64,000 bases of DNA from Gammaproteobacteria bacterium. Lineage in GTDB: Bacteria > Pseudomonadota > Gammaproteobacteria > CAJXQU01. Positions 1 through 9,350 of the stretch are shown piece after piece (the stretch's first letter is position 1; each line of letters opens with the position of its first letter). The stretch spans positions 320,001 to 384,000 of the forward strand of contig CBDEGZ010000003.1 in assembly GCA_965238175.1 (NCBI GenBank), in the 5' to 3' direction. Below the pieces are notes generated by a model that worked only from the letters and a program-made list of their open reading frames with translations, was not told where the DNA came from and did no database searches. Both the position numbers and the translations under genes were made by a program.

Positions 1-233
1 CCATGTAGCGTATTCGGTGTAGTAAATATTTGTTCTTCCTGAATTTAGGAGACCTCATAGCTGATAGTCGATCTAAATATCGCGTCTCGTACTATGTGTA
101 ATATTTGCTACATATTTGATCGGCAAAGCGGTTTCGGATAACTGTGTGATTGATTCAATTGCAGCTAGTAAAGGATTTCCACCATCGTACAATACACCAC
201 CTAGATCAATAAAATGGTTTTAATTGGTGTCAT
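1..233 (-). pseudogene. Frameshifted 5' part of a HAD-IIA hydrolase (LHPP/TIGR01458-like), continuing off the left edge
   Basis: Manual minus-strand translation from ATG at 233: MTPIKTI, then after a frameshift FIDLGGVLYDGGNPLLAAIESITQLSETALPIKYVANITHSTRRDI*. This resembles HAD-IIA motif I (DLxGVL) and motif II (xTNxT); the frame is broken more than once. Confidence 0.6.
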
Positions 234-383
234 AATCCTCACTTCATGAGGAGATTGATTAACAACCCGCAGGTATTTGTAACTAAATTAGCATTTGTTT
301 TGAAAATAAGGGCATTTTTGTTTTATCTTCGAACAAGCTAACCTATTATTGCGATCACATAAACACCTACGGGAGTGATAAGT

Positions 384-1031
384 ATGCCCAAAAACACTGG
401 ATCTGAGTATACCCACGAAGAAATAAGTAACGCTGTTTCTAGTAATGAAGAAGGGGAAAAGCATCTTGAACGAGCAATAGGTTCGCAGATCCGAGTGTTC
501 CGTAAGCAGCTCAAAATGACCGCTGAGGAAATCGCTAAACAGGCGGGATTATCTCAAGGGATGCTGTCAAAAATTGAGCGAGGTGTTACTACTCCTTCTC
601 TAGGAACACTGTATGCACTAGCTCAAGCATTGAATGTTTCAGTCACTTCCTTGTTTCGTAAATATGATGAACAACGTGACTGCACCTTTGTACCTTCTGG
701 AGAAGGTTTGCTTATCGAACGTCATGGTACGCGCGCAGGACATCAATATCGTTTACTTGGCCATAATGTGAGCAAACGACTTATCTTAGAACCTTATCTG
801 ATCACTTTAACTAATGAGTCTGAAGTCTTTCCATTATTCCAGCATTCTGGCATTGAGTTTATATATCTGTTGGAAGGAGAAGTTCTTTATCGGCATGCTA
901 ACGAGACGTATCACATGAAAGCGGGTGATTCATTGTTTTTTGATGCTGACGCACCGCATGGTCCTGAAGAGCTTATTCAGGTTCCTATTCGAATGATCGC
1001 AAATATTTGCCGATCAAGTTCTGATGACTAG
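384..1031 (+). CDS. XRE-family HTH + cupin transcriptional regulator, probable regulator of the methylamine cluster
   Basis: N-terminal HTH_3 (IGSQIRVFRKQLKMTAEEIAKQAGLSQGMLSKIERG) and C-terminal cupin (HSGIEFIYLLEGEV..GDSLFFDADAPH). GGGAG RBS at 371-375 favours ATG 384 over the track's 375. Confidence 0.9.
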   Translation: MPKNTGSEYTHEEISNAVSSNEEGEKHLERAIGSQIRVFRKQLKMTAEEIAKQAGLSQGMLSKIERGVTTPSLGTLYALAQALNVSVTSLFRKYDEQRDCTFVPSGEGLLIERHGTRAGHQYRLLGHNVSKRLILEPYLITLTNESEVFPLFQHSGIEFIYLLEGEVLYRHANETYHMKAGDSLFFDADAPHGPEELIQVPIRMIANICRSSSDD

Positions 1032-1100
1032 CAGATCCTTTCTGTTGTGGCTTCCTGCACCTATTGAATTAGTTAGCTCTAACTAGTAACCCTATATATT

Positions 1101-1158
1101 CATTATATGAATAAAATATTCATATAATGTTGACGTATCCTCAAGTAAGGCATACTAT
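1101..1158 (+). promoter_or_regulatory. sigma70 promoter of the mgs operon with an abutting operator palindrome
   Basis: TTGACG (1130-1135), 17 bp spacer, TACTAT (1153-1158). A perfect 13-bp inverted repeat CATTATATGAATA-aaa-TATTCATATAATG (1101-1129) lies directly upstream of the -35. Confidence 0.65.
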
Positions 1159-1341
1159 TGACCCTAAGTTCTCTAAAGGATAAATATTTTTAGTGTGTTT
1201 GTCTTATAAAGTATCTAGATGGACAATTTAAAGGTCTTTTTGCGAATATAATATTCGCATTGTGAATGTTTTATTTAAGCGTATTCGCCTATTGTTTAGG
1301 CTCATGTAGATAAAATTTGAAGTATTAATGGAGGTGAATTC

Positions 1342-2241
1342 ATGTGTGGAATTGTTGGATTGTTCATAAAAAATCCTGAACTAGAAAAAAATCTAGGCGC
1401 ACTCCTGTCGCCGATGCTTATTGAGATGACAGAGCGAGGTCCAGACAGTACTGGGATTGCTGTTTATGGAGAAACTGCTGCTGATAACATGGTTAAGCTG
1501 ACAGTTTTGTCGTCAGATCCTGATTACGATTGGGAAATACTCAATCAACAGTTGGTAGGAAAATTTGGCCAAACGGCGTACCTGGAGACACGGAGTAATC
1601 ATGCTGTTCTCTTCGCACAAACTGATGCTGATAGCTTGAATACCTGGGTAAAAAATCACTATCCTGAGTTATCTAAAGCAAGCTCTGGAACGGTTATTGA
1701 GATCTTTAAGGAAAAAGGTCTGGCTGTAGATATGATCGAGAAATTTAGCATCGAGAGTATGCAGGGAAGTCACGCATTGGGTCATACGCGTATGGCGACA
1801 GAAAGCGCGGTTACGACGGAACACTCACACCCATTTTCAACTGGAGAGGATCTATGTCTTGTCCATAATGGATCACTTTCCAATCATAATCGATTACGCC
1901 AAGAACTGCAGGCAAAGGGTATTGAATTTCAAACGGATAACGATAGCGAAGTCGCCGCAGGCTACCTAAGTTTGAAGCTTCGTGAAGGTGCTTCATTGGA
2001 TGAAGCGCTTGAAATGGCGATTAAAGATCTTGATGGTTTTTATACCTTTGCGGTTGGCAGTAAAGACGGCTTTGCAGTATTACGTGATCCCATAGGTTGT
2101 AAGCCTGCGATATTGGCTGAGACTGACGATTGGGTTGCCATGGCATCAGAATTCCGTTCCATAGCTGGTCTTCCAGGTGTTGAGAATGCCAAGATTTGGG
2201 AACCAGAACCTGCCCGTATTTATAGCTGGAAAAAGAACTAA
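1342..2241 (+). CDS. mgsA: N-methylglutamate synthase subunit A (class II glutamine amidotransferase, GlxB)
   Basis: N-terminal MCGIVG Ntn nucleophile, RGPDS, GHTRMATES, HNGSLSN; clustered with mgsB, mgsC and gmaS. Confidence 0.9.
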   Translation: MCGIVGLFIKNPELEKNLGALLSPMLIEMTERGPDSTGIAVYGETAADNMVKLTVLSSDPDYDWEILNQQLVGKFGQTAYLETRSNHAVLFAQTDADSLNTWVKNHYPELSKASSGTVIEIFKEKGLAVDMIEKFSIESMQGSHALGHTRMATESAVTTEHSHPFSTGEDLCLVHNGSLSNHNRLRQELQAKGIEFQTDNDSEVAAGYLSLKLREGASLDEALEMAIKDLDGFYTFAVGSKDGFAVLRDPIGCKPAILAETDDWVAMASEFRSIAGLPGVENAKIWEPEPARIYSWKKN

Positions 2242-2245
2242 TACT

Positions 2246-2704
2246 ATGAATGATTTACTCTTAAAAGATGACCTTAGAATGGTTACGGACGTTGTTCAAA
2301 AACTTGATCTCCTTACCGTTATGGATTTGAAGTCTATGGATTTTTTCAGATGGCAAATGATGCAGTCAAAACTGGATGCATATAATGACTCCGTTTTGGT
2401 TGTAGTGCCGACAGCTTTAACGGAAGACGAGCACGTTTTACCTGAAAGCAATCGAGAGAGCTTTAGCAAACGTCTTCAAGCTTTCACATCACGTGAGCAA
2501 GAAATCTTACTGATGATTGCGGCAGGCAAGAACAATAAAATCATTGCAAGAGAGTTGGATATTAGTTCCGGCACAGTAAAAGTCCATGTTAAGAATCTAA
2601 TGCGTAAATTAAATGTTCACTCACGTTTGGAAGTAGCGGTGTGGGTATTTGGTTTTGCGTTAGAAAAGGCACTACCTAGGGGGGGAAACAATGAATACAG
2701 TTGA
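2246..2704 (+). CDS. Orphan LuxR/NarL-type HTH regulator with a short, non-canonical N-terminal domain
   Basis: C-terminal GerE/LuxR HTH (FTSREQEILLMIAAGKNNKIIARELDISSGTVKVHVKNLMRKL). Likely start is ATG 2246, just after the mgsA stop; the end overlaps the mgsB start. Confidence 0.8.
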   Translation: MNDLLLKDDLRMVTDVVQKLDLLTVMDLKSMDFFRWQMMQSKLDAYNDSVLVVVPTALTEDEHVLPESNRESFSKRLQAFTSREQEILLMIAAGKNNKIIARELDISSGTVKVHVKNLMRKLNVHSRLEVAVWVFGFALEKALPRGGNNEYS

Positions 2705-3374
2705 TTTGGACAAAACAGAAGTACGTGAGCTTAACGCGTCACTACACAATATTGATGCATTGGAGAGTACATCGGGCTTTCAGATTATTAATCCTAAGGG
2801 CAAACATAATATTGCAGTAGGCCTTGATGGAGATGCAGATATTACGATTGATGGTCACGTTGGCTACTATTGTGGTGGGATGAACAAAAAAGCAGATATT
2901 ACTGTAACCGGTAATGCTGGCGCTGGTGTTGGCGAGAACATTATGTCTGGAACGATCCGGATTAAAGGAAACGCCTCACAATATGCGGCTGCGACAGGTG
3001 TTGGTGGGTTGGTTGTTATTGAAGGGGATGCTGCAGCGCGTTGCGGTATTTCTATGAAAGGGGTTGATATCGTTGTCGGTGGATCCGTAGGACATATGAG
3101 TGCCTTTATGGGGCAGTCTGGCAACCTGGTTATTTGTGGTGACGCAGGAGACGCACTTGGCGATTCGATCTATGAGATTGACATATTTGTACAAGGGCAG
3201 GTCAAGAGCTTAGGCACTGATTGCGAAGAAAAGGAAATGAAATCTGAACATATCGAAAAGCTTGCAGAGCTTCTGGAAAAAGCATCAATTGACGCCGATC
3301 CAAGCAAGTTTAAACGATATGGGCCGGGTAGAAATCTGTACAGTTTTAAAGTTGATGATGCTCATTTGCCGTAA
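2691..3374 (+). CDS. mgsB: N-methylglutamate synthase subunit B (GXGXG/GltB-C domain, GlxC)
   Basis: Repeated GxxG beta-helix motifs (GHVGYYCGGMN, GNAGAGVGENIMSG, RCGISMKG); cluster context. Confidence 0.9.
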   Translation: MNTVDLDKTEVRELNASLHNIDALESTSGFQIINPKGKHNIAVGLDGDADITIDGHVGYYCGGMNKKADITVTGNAGAGVGENIMSGTIRIKGNASQYAAATGVGGLVVIEGDAAARCGISMKGVDIVVGGSVGHMSAFMGQSGNLVICGDAGDALGDSIYEIDIFVQGQVKSLGTDCEEKEMKSEHIEKLAELLEKASIDADPSKFKRYGPGRNLYSFKVDDAHLP

Positions 3375-3448
3375 AAATTTCAAGTGAAAAATTAACAGCC
3401 AAGACAAATATCTATAACATAAAGTTAAAGTACGAATCGAGGTAAAAA

Positions 3449-4789
3449 ATGACTACCAAGAATGTTTCTGAGGAAGGAATACAATTAAAAGAATCCAGTA
3501 CTTGGGATCCAGCAACTATTCAGGAAATACAGCGTGCTGCAACCGAAGGCATTTACAGCATCAGAGGTGGTGGTGCTAGACGTCATGTACCGCATTTTGA
3601 TGATCTGCTTTTGCTTGGTTCAAGTATGTCTCGCTACCCGCTTGAAGGTTATCGCGAACATTGTGGTACAAACGTAACGCTCGGAACACGATTTGCGAAA
3701 AAACCATTACATTTGGACATCCCGATCACTATTGCTGGTATGAGTTTTGGTGCTTTGTCTGCACAAGCCAAAGATTCCCTGGGCAAAGGTGCAACAGCCA
3801 TGGGTACAACCACCACGACAGGTGACGGTGGTATGACTCCCGAAGAGCGACAATCTTCAAAGACATTGGTTTATCAATTATTACCATCGCGTTATGGAAT
3901 GAATCCCGATGATTTACGTAAAGCTGATGCTATCGAAGTAGTGTGTGGTCAGGGTGCAAAACCAGGCGGCGGTGGCATGTTATTGGGTCAAAAGATCAGT
4001 GATCGTGTGGCGCAAATGCGCACTTTGCCGAAAGGCGTTGATCAACGTAGTGCTTGTCGTCATCCGGACTGGACGGGTCCCGATGATCTGGAAATCAAGA
4101 TCCAGGAATTGCGTGAGATAACCGACTGGGAAAAGCCAATCTATATCAAGGTTGGTGCAACCCGGACTAAATATGATGTGCAACTTGCAGTGAAAGCAGG
4201 AGCAGACGTTATCGTAGTTGATGGTATGCAAGGTGGTACTGCTGCGACTCAAGATGTTTTTATCGAGCATGTCGGTATACCAACTTTACCCGCCGTACGT
4301 ATCGCTGTGGAAGCCTTGCAAGAGATGGGTATGCACCGGAAAGTACAACTTATCGTTTCGGGTGGTATTCGAAATGGTGCGGATGTAGCTAAGTGTATGG
4401 CACTGGGTGCAGATGCTGTTTCAATCGGTATGGCAGCGATGTACGCACTTGGTTGTAATGATCAAAAATATGCAGACGAGTATCGTAAAATGGGAACCGC
4501 TCCGGGATATTATGACGCTTATCACGAAGGTCGTTGTCCAGCAGGTATTTCGACGCAAGATCCAGAGTTGTCAAAAAGATTAGATCCGGAACTGGGTGGT
4601 CGACGGATCAAAAATTTACTACAAACCATGGTGTTAGAAGCACAGACTTTGGCACGTGCATGCGGAAAGTCACACCTGCACAATCTTGAATCAGAAGATC
4701 TTGTTGCATTAACAGTTGAAGCAGCGGCTATGGCGAAGGTTCCATTGGCTGGAACAGATTGGGTGCCGGGAGCGAATGCATATAAATAA
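3449..4789 (+). CDS. mgsC: N-methylglutamate synthase subunit C (FMN-binding glutamate synthase-like, GlxD)
   Basis: AGMSFGALS, TTGDGGM, GQGAKPGGGG, SACRHPDWTGPDDL motifs. Confidence 0.92.
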   Translation: MTTKNVSEEGIQLKESSTWDPATIQEIQRAATEGIYSIRGGGARRHVPHFDDLLLLGSSMSRYPLEGYREHCGTNVTLGTRFAKKPLHLDIPITIAGMSFGALSAQAKDSLGKGATAMGTTTTTGDGGMTPEERQSSKTLVYQLLPSRYGMNPDDLRKADAIEVVCGQGAKPGGGGMLLGQKISDRVAQMRTLPKGVDQRSACRHPDWTGPDDLEIKIQELREITDWEKPIYIKVGATRTKYDVQLAVKAGADVIVVDGMQGGTAATQDVFIEHVGIPTLPAVRIAVEALQEMGMHRKVQLIVSGGIRNGADVAKCMALGADAVSIGMAAMYALGCNDQKYADEYRKMGTAPGYYDAYHEGRCPAGISTQDPELSKRLDPELGGRRIKNLLQTMVLEAQTLARACGKSHLHNLESEDLVALTVEAAAMAKVPLAGTDWVPGANAYK

Positions 4790-4860
4790 AAACTTATCTA
4801 ACTATGCAGTTTAGTATGAGTAAATCAGTTGAAGATAATAATTAAAAAGAGAGGAAAATA

Positions 4861-6168
4861 ATGGCTACCGATTTAGCAAAAGTTGCAAAAGACAATGATT
4901 TAAAATATTTCTTAATCAGTTTTGTTGATCTGTTCGGTGTTCTACGTTCTAAACTAGTACCGATTCGTGCGATTAAAGGTATGCAAAAAGACGGTGCGGG
5001 TTTTGCGGGTTTTGCCACCTGGTTAGATTTGAGTCCAGCTGATGCTGACATGTTTGCCGTTCCAGATCCGGACAGTCTCACTATTCTTCCATGGCAGCGA
5101 GAAGTTGGCTGGCTTGCCAGTGACTTGTACATGGATGGCAAAGAAATCGCAGCTTCTCCTCGTGTTGCTCTGAAGCAGCAGATCAAAAAAGCAGCCAAAA
5201 TGGGATATACCTTAAAAACAGGTGTTGAAGGTGAATTCCACCTTATAAAAGAAGATGGTTCGAATATTTATGACGACCGTGATACTCAGGATAAGCCATG
5301 TTATGACCAGAGTTGTCTAATGCGTCGTTATGATGTTATTTCCGAAATTTGTGATTGTATGGTCGAGTTTGGTTGGGGTGCGTATCAAAATGATCATGAA
5401 GACGCCAATGGTCAGTGGGAAATGAACTGGGAATATGATCACGTTTTGAAAACCTGTGACCGTCACGTTTTTTTCAAGTATATGGTGAAACAAATTGCTG
5501 AGAATCATGGCCTGCGTGCTACTTTTATGCCCAAGCCATTTATGAATTTGACCGGAAATGGTTGTCATATCAATGCATCTTTATGGGATAAAACCGGTAA
5601 AAAGAACATGTTTATGGATCCAAAAGGTGAACTGGGCCTGAGTAAACTTGCCTACAATTTTCTCGGCGGTGTGATCAAAAACGTTGATGCTTTGACATCT
5701 TTCTTCAATCCGACCGTAAATAGCTACAAGCGTATTAACGCTCCGGTTACCGTCTCTGGCGCAACCTGGGCACCAAACACAATTACCTGGGGAGGTAACA
5801 ACCGCACCAATATGGTTCGTATTCCGGAAGGTAACCGCATCGAATTCCGTCTGGCTGATGGTGCGATGAATCCGTATCTGGCCCCAGCTGCGCTTTTGGC
5901 CTGTGGTCTACAGGGTGTTAAGGATAATGTTGATCCTGGTAAGCGTTGCGATTTGGATATGTATACTGAAGGTGACAAGGTTCGTGGTGCCAAGAAGCTA
6001 CCGTTGAATCTGCTGGATGCTATCCGTTTGACTGAGAAGAGCAAATTTGTTCGTGAAGCCATGGGGGATGAACTCATTGATGCCTACACCAAGCTGAAAA
6101 ATGTCGAATGGGATCAGTATTGCCATCATCTCACTGAGTGGGAGCGACAAAACACACTCGATTGTTAA
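4861..6168 (+). CDS. gmaS: gamma-glutamylmethylamide synthetase (GlnT-type glutamine synthetase family)
   Basis: GAGFAGFATWLD, YQNDHEDANGQWEMNW, RATFMPKPF, SGATWAPN, RIEFRLADGA; adjacent to mgsABC. Confidence 0.9.
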   Translation: MATDLAKVAKDNDLKYFLISFVDLFGVLRSKLVPIRAIKGMQKDGAGFAGFATWLDLSPADADMFAVPDPDSLTILPWQREVGWLASDLYMDGKEIAASPRVALKQQIKKAAKMGYTLKTGVEGEFHLIKEDGSNIYDDRDTQDKPCYDQSCLMRRYDVISEICDCMVEFGWGAYQNDHEDANGQWEMNWEYDHVLKTCDRHVFFKYMVKQIAENHGLRATFMPKPFMNLTGNGCHINASLWDKTGKKNMFMDPKGELGLSKLAYNFLGGVIKNVDALTSFFNPTVNSYKRINAPVTVSGATWAPNTITWGGNNRTNMVRIPEGNRIEFRLADGAMNPYLAPAALLACGLQGVKDNVDPGKRCDLDMYTEGDKVRGAKKLPLNLLDAIRLTEKSKFVREAMGDELIDAYTKLKNVEWDQYCHHLTEWERQNTLDC

Positions 6169-6209
6169 TGACCAGTTGCAGATAATGAACAGACTTCGTT
6201 AGTCGATTT

Positions 6210-7544
6210 ATGAAGTCTGACTTTTTTACCGGTATAAACTATGATCCATATTGGTGGGAAGCTGCACCGCTTTCCCACCAGCAAACATGCACAAACCTTG
6301 CAGATGTAAAAGAGCCGGATATCGCGATCATCGGTGGTGGTTTTACAGGAATATCGGCTGCATTGACTTTATGTCGTGCGGGCAAAAGTGTTGTCCTTTT
6401 TGATCAAGGACCAATTGGCTATGGTGCCAGCAGCAGAAATGGTGGGCAGATAGGTAGCGGCAATCAAAAAATTCCGATCAGTAAATTGGAAGCCAGATTT
6501 GGTATTGAGGGTGCGAAGCAACTGCTGAATGAGGGTGTTCGCATGTTGGATTTCCTTAAGCAGCTCATTACCAGTGAAAAAATTCAATGTGATTTACAGG
6601 AAGTCGGACGTTTTCGTGGTGCTGTCAGACCACAACATTACGAATCGATGGCGCGGGAAATGGAAGCGCTAAACCGACGAACTCGTGTCGAATATCATAT
6701 GGTGCCTCGTTCGGAACAACACCAAGAAATTAACAGTGACTATTATCACGGTGGCTATGTATTACCGGGCGATGGTCTTGTTCATCCGGGTAAATTACAT
6801 TCTGGTATTAGACAGGCAGCTGTTAAATCTGGTCTTACATTACAGGCCAGTACTTGCATTAGAAAAATCAAAAAAACTGGGGTAGGTTTTCAGCTCGATA
6901 CTGACAGAGGTCAAATATTTGCTCGTGACGTTGTGCTTGCAACCAATGGCTATGGAGGCAGAATTGGAACAGAAACTGAAAAAAGAATTATTCCTGTAGG
7001 TTCCGCTATTATTGCTACGGAAGAACTATCGGAACACAAAATTTCAGAATTGATGCCTAAGTTAAGAGCCTATGGAAATTCAGCAAGAGTATTCCATTAT
7101 TTTCGTCCGTCACCGGATAATAAACGGATACTCTGGGGTGGTCGTGTTGGACGTTGGCGTGATCACACGTTAGAGCATCAAAAACAAAGTAACTGGAGCG
7201 CTTTTCGACACCTGCGAGATGACATGCTCAAGGTCTTTCCCGATTTGTCTAATGTGAAAATTGAGTATTGCTGGAGTGGCCTGATCGGCTATAGTTTTGA
7301 CGAACTACCGCATCTGGGAAAAGATAATGATGGTGTTTATTACGCTTGTGGTTATTGCGGTACGGGCGTGACTCGTTCAGTGTATCTGGGTTCAAAGATT
7401 GCAGAACGTGTTATTGATCAACAGAAGGGGCAAACAGCATTTGATCAGGCGTCTTTACCTGATCATTCTTTCCAATATATCGCACCACAGGCGGTGCCCG
7501 TAGTCGAGCGTTGGTATAGATTACGAGATTGGAGTGGGTTATGA
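6210..7544 (+). CDS. FAD-dependent oxidoreductase, DAO/PuuB-OrdL-like
   Basis: IAIIGGGFTG Rossmann motif, GASSRNGG, VVLATNGY, YACGYCGTGV. Confidence 0.85.
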   Translation: MKSDFFTGINYDPYWWEAAPLSHQQTCTNLADVKEPDIAIIGGGFTGISAALTLCRAGKSVVLFDQGPIGYGASSRNGGQIGSGNQKIPISKLEARFGIEGAKQLLNEGVRMLDFLKQLITSEKIQCDLQEVGRFRGAVRPQHYESMAREMEALNRRTRVEYHMVPRSEQHQEINSDYYHGGYVLPGDGLVHPGKLHSGIRQAAVKSGLTLQASTCIRKIKKTGVGFQLDTDRGQIFARDVVLATNGYGGRIGTETEKRIIPVGSAIIATEELSEHKISELMPKLRAYGNSARVFHYFRPSPDNKRILWGGRVGRWRDHTLEHQKQSNWSAFRHLRDDMLKVFPDLSNVKIEYCWSGLIGYSFDELPHLGKDNDGVYYACGYCGTGVTRSVYLGSKIAERVIDQQKGQTAFDQASLPDHSFQYIAPQAVPVVERWYRLRDWSGL

Positions 7545-7854
7545 CGAACACTACTCTAGTTTTTGATCAGGTATAGCCAAATTAAGATAATGTCATCCAC
7601 GACTTATCCTTTAAAATTTTAACAAAAAGTCTTTGCAACAAAAAACAAATTCAAACTCCCCTTTGAGGAAATCCCAGTACTCGCTTTGATGTGCTGATCA
7701 GCCCCTGTTTCGCTGGCGTCAAAACGAATATCTTATACAAAACGAGACAAAGCAGCCACAAAAGTTGATATGGCGGCACCATTAAACGAATATCCCGATG
7801 ATTATCAGTATTTAAATCCTGTCGAACATAACGTGTCGTTATTTTGGAATATGT

Positions 7855-8270
7855 CGAGAAACGTTTTATACCCGTGCCCTTTGGGTGACGCTATCATTCT
7901 CGTTGGGTATCGTGATGTTTCTTGAAAAGGGCGAAGCAACTAACAAGCCCCCCTTTCCGGAGAAACATGTCTTCCCAGTAAGAATGATAGAGCCACTGAT
8001 ACCTGCATTTCCAGGTGGCACGGGTATAATCAAACCCGCGAGGCCACGATTAAACGGTAAAGTAGAACACTCTCACTTAACCGGACAGCATGAATTTTAT
8101 CAAGCCCTGGACTACAACGGAGATGTAGAGAACCGTAAAAAACTCGCTTGAGGACTATTATAATTTCCTTAGACCCCATTTTGCACACATGAGCAGAATA
8201 CCTTATGAAAAATTAAAACAACGTATGTTAGGCTAACATTTCTTCCTCAGTACTAGTCAGATAAAAGACA
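7855..8270 (+). pseudogene. Degraded 3' remnant of an IS481-family transposase, interrupted by a MITE
   Basis: Translates to IKPARPRLNGKVEHSHLTGQHEFYQALDY, then in another frame DYYNFLRPH..PYEKLKQRML (rve C-terminal signature) with stops and frameshifts. Possible right end ..TCAGATAAAAGACA at 8270. Boundaries approximate. Confidence 0.7.
7867..8028. mobile_element. ERIC-like MITE, copy 1
   Basis: Perfect 12-bp terminal IR TATACCCGTGCC...GGCACGGGTATA; internal IR CTATCATTCT/AGAATGATAG; right end CTGCATTTCCAGGTGGCACGGGTATA resembles the other copies. Confidence 0.75.
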
Positions 8271-8376
8271 AATCGTCGTGTATAAAATAAAATGTTATGA
8301 ACAGATTAATAATGGATTGGAAAATTTCTTAAATACAAGTGACAGGTTTTCATCAACCATTGTTGTCGAAATGTAG

Positions 8377-9264
8377 TCAGGTCAGCTTTCTCTCTACTTC
8401 TTGATATTTATCAGACGTTTTTTTGAGAATTTCTTCAGGTAGTTTCGGTCCGGGTGGTGTCTTATCCCAATCGAGTGTTTCAAGATAATCCCGGACAATT
8501 TGTTTATCGTAACTTGGAGGACTGATGCTAACTTCGTAGGTATCTGCTGGCCAGAACCTAGATGAATCTGGAGTCAATGCTTCATCGATCAAAAATAAGT
8601 TATCGCTTTCATCTACCCCAAATTCAAATTTGGTATCGGCAATAATAATGCCTTTTTCAAGAGCATACTCAGCGGCTTTTTTATAAAGCTGTAAGCTAAC
8701 CTCTTTTACTTGAGATGCTTTGTCAGCACCGATCAATTCAATAGTTTTTTCATAGTTAATATTTTCATCATGATCACCAACAGCGGCTTTGGAAGACGGT
8801 GTGAAAATAGGCTTTGGGAGTTGTTGAGCTTGTTTTAATCCTGTAGCCAATTTAATACCACACACGGCTCCTGAATTTTGATAATCTTTCCAACCAGATC
8901 CGATCAAATAACCACGGACAATTGCTTCGACAGGAAGTGGTTTGAGTTTCTTAACGACAATTGCACGGCCATTTACTTGATCGAATTCTTTTTTTGGGAG
9001 CAGGTCTTTTAAGTTCTGATCGGTTAAATGATTTGGGATTACATGCTTTAATTTTTTAAACCAAAAATTAGAGACTGAAGTAAGTACTTTTCCTTTGCCA
9101 GGAATAGGATCAGGCAAAATCACATCGAAAGCCGACAACCTATCGGTCGTAATGATCAAAAAGTGATCAGCGTCGATTTCATAAATGTCGCGAACTTTAC
9201 CTTTATAAAAGAGTGGTAAACTTTCAATTTTGGTTTCAAAAAGGCTTTCGGGTGATGTGTGCAT
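8377..9264 (-). CDS. purC: SAICAR synthetase
   Basis: YKGKVRDIY, TDRLSAFD, IADTKFEFG, DEALTPDSSRFW motifs. Confidence 0.97.
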   Translation of the reverse strand: MHTSPESLFETKIESLPLFYKGKVRDIYEIDADHFLIITTDRLSAFDVILPDPIPGKGKVLTSVSNFWFKKLKHVIPNHLTDQNLKDLLPKKEFDQVNGRAIVVKKLKPLPVEAIVRGYLIGSGWKDYQNSGAVCGIKLATGLKQAQQLPKPIFTPSSKAAVGDHDENINYEKTIELIGADKASQVKEVSLQLYKKAAEYALEKGIIIADTKFEFGVDESDNLFLIDEALTPDSSRFWPADTYEVSISPPSYDKQIVRDYLETLDWDKTPPGPKLPEEILKKTSDKYQEVERKLT

Positions 9265-9350
9265 GTAATTCCTGTTATTTCTTACGATTATTTATTAAAA
9301 AATAGATTTGATCATTTTCCCATATCACTGCATCGAGTACTATTGCGAAG

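Noticed and set aside
4861-6168. Housekeeping glnA / glutamate synthase operon
   Set aside because: The GlnT-type motifs and the split three-gene glutamate-synthase-like set fit gmaS/mgsABC better.
7545-7854. Intergenic stretch possibly holding another gene remnant
   Set aside because: I could not recognise a convincing frame or structure.
7885-8151. 88-aa ORF
   Set aside because: It is a chimera of MITE sequence and a transposase remnant, not a real gene.
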